Positions 63,120 through 64,000 of a DNA stretch of 64,000 nucleotides are shown here, one piece after another. The stretch comes from Octopus bimaculoides. Taxonomy: Eukaryota. The stretch lies in NCBI RefSeq assembly GCF_001194135.2, contig NC_068981.1:147835424-147899423 (forward strand), read 5' to 3'. Numbering within the stretch: the first letter of the stretch is position 1; each line of letters opens with the position of its first letter. A model generated the notes under the pieces. It was given only the letters and a program-made list of their open reading frames with translations, had not been told where the DNA came from and did not search any database. Made by a program: the position numbers and the translations under genes.

Positions 63120-64000
63120 TTTTGCATATAATCTAACATCTGAAATATAAAAAATTTCACCATTTTGTGGATAGATCCTTGTCACTTTTGCATAACAGCC
63201 AAATGCTTACTGCATCAAAGACTTTTTCCTTGTTTCCAAGAATAACAGAGACGATTGAATGAGATAACAGTAGCTCACATATGATAGCCTTTACATGGTT
63301 CTTCCATTAAATTTTGGCTAATATTTTCATTTTAATTTTCAAATCTGTTTCTGGCCTGGCGTATTGGTATATAGAGAAATAATCCTTTTGCATGATTTCT
63401 TTGGGGCTGGTAAGTTCTTAGACACTAGGTGAAATGTTTGCAATATGGCTGCTGAAGTATAACTGATGTTGACAGAAAACACAGTGCTGCAGCTGGGCAA
63501 TACTGACTCTGAAACTGTTTGTGGAAAATTCTCAATAAATGGGAATATTTGAATTTTTTGTTTTGGGCCTTATGGAGGCAATGACAGGTGACCGAGATCT
63601 TTGACGATATGCTGTGCTTGAAAAGACTTATCACAGTCATAGTTGATGCCAGTGCCATGTAACTGGCACTCATACTGGCAGCATGTAAAAAGCACCTTTT
63701 GAACGTTAGGCTTCACAGATGCAGTGGCTGAGACCTTTGACAACATACCTTGATTAACAAGACCTGTCAAGCCAAGTGAGATTATAGTCATGGCCAGTGC
63801 CAGTGTTTCGTAACTGGCACCCATGCTGATGGCACGTAATAAGTATCCACTATACTCTTTGAGTGGTTGGTATTAGGAAGGGCATTTATCTGTAGAAACT
63901 ATGCCAAATCAGATTGGAACCTGGTGCAGCTCCCTAGCTTACCAGTCTTCATTCAAACTGCCCAACCCATGCCAGCATGGAAAACAGACATTAAATGATG

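Noticed and set aside
62577-63185. 202-aa minus-strand ORF with poly-His and repeats
   Set aside because: Product of the (GAT)n tail and 26-bp minisatellite; the unit is not a multiple of 3.

Overview
AT-rich eukaryotic (animal) DNA from a gapped short-read assembly, with seven N-runs that mostly abut microsatellites. The repeat families resemble those I know from Octopus (coleoid cephalopod); this assignment is from memory, not a search. I recognise no complete protein-coding gene, rRNA, true tRNA or CRISPR array, and nearly all ORF-track entries are artefacts of microsatellites, gaps or repeats. The window is dominated by three SINE families (dozens of copies), RTE LINE fragments, hAT/mariner/TTAA-type MITEs, two DD37D Tc1/mariner deletion derivatives, a DD41D fold-back element, a Helentron-like element and several minisatellites. 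A few splice-bounded segments hint that this is intronic sequence of an unidentified gene, possibly on the minus strand. The most notable signal is two distinct short non-autonomous element families (38.7-39.2 kb; 10.3-10.65 kb, with relatives at 7.8 and 50.7-51.05 kb). Each combines a tRNA-like Pol III segment with a minimal Penelope-type hammerhead ribozyme and a fold-back inverted terminus, which suggests SINE/retrozyme-like RNAs possibly mobilised by Penelope-like reverse transcriptases. This is a sequence-based inference that needs cleavage assays and genome-wide searches.
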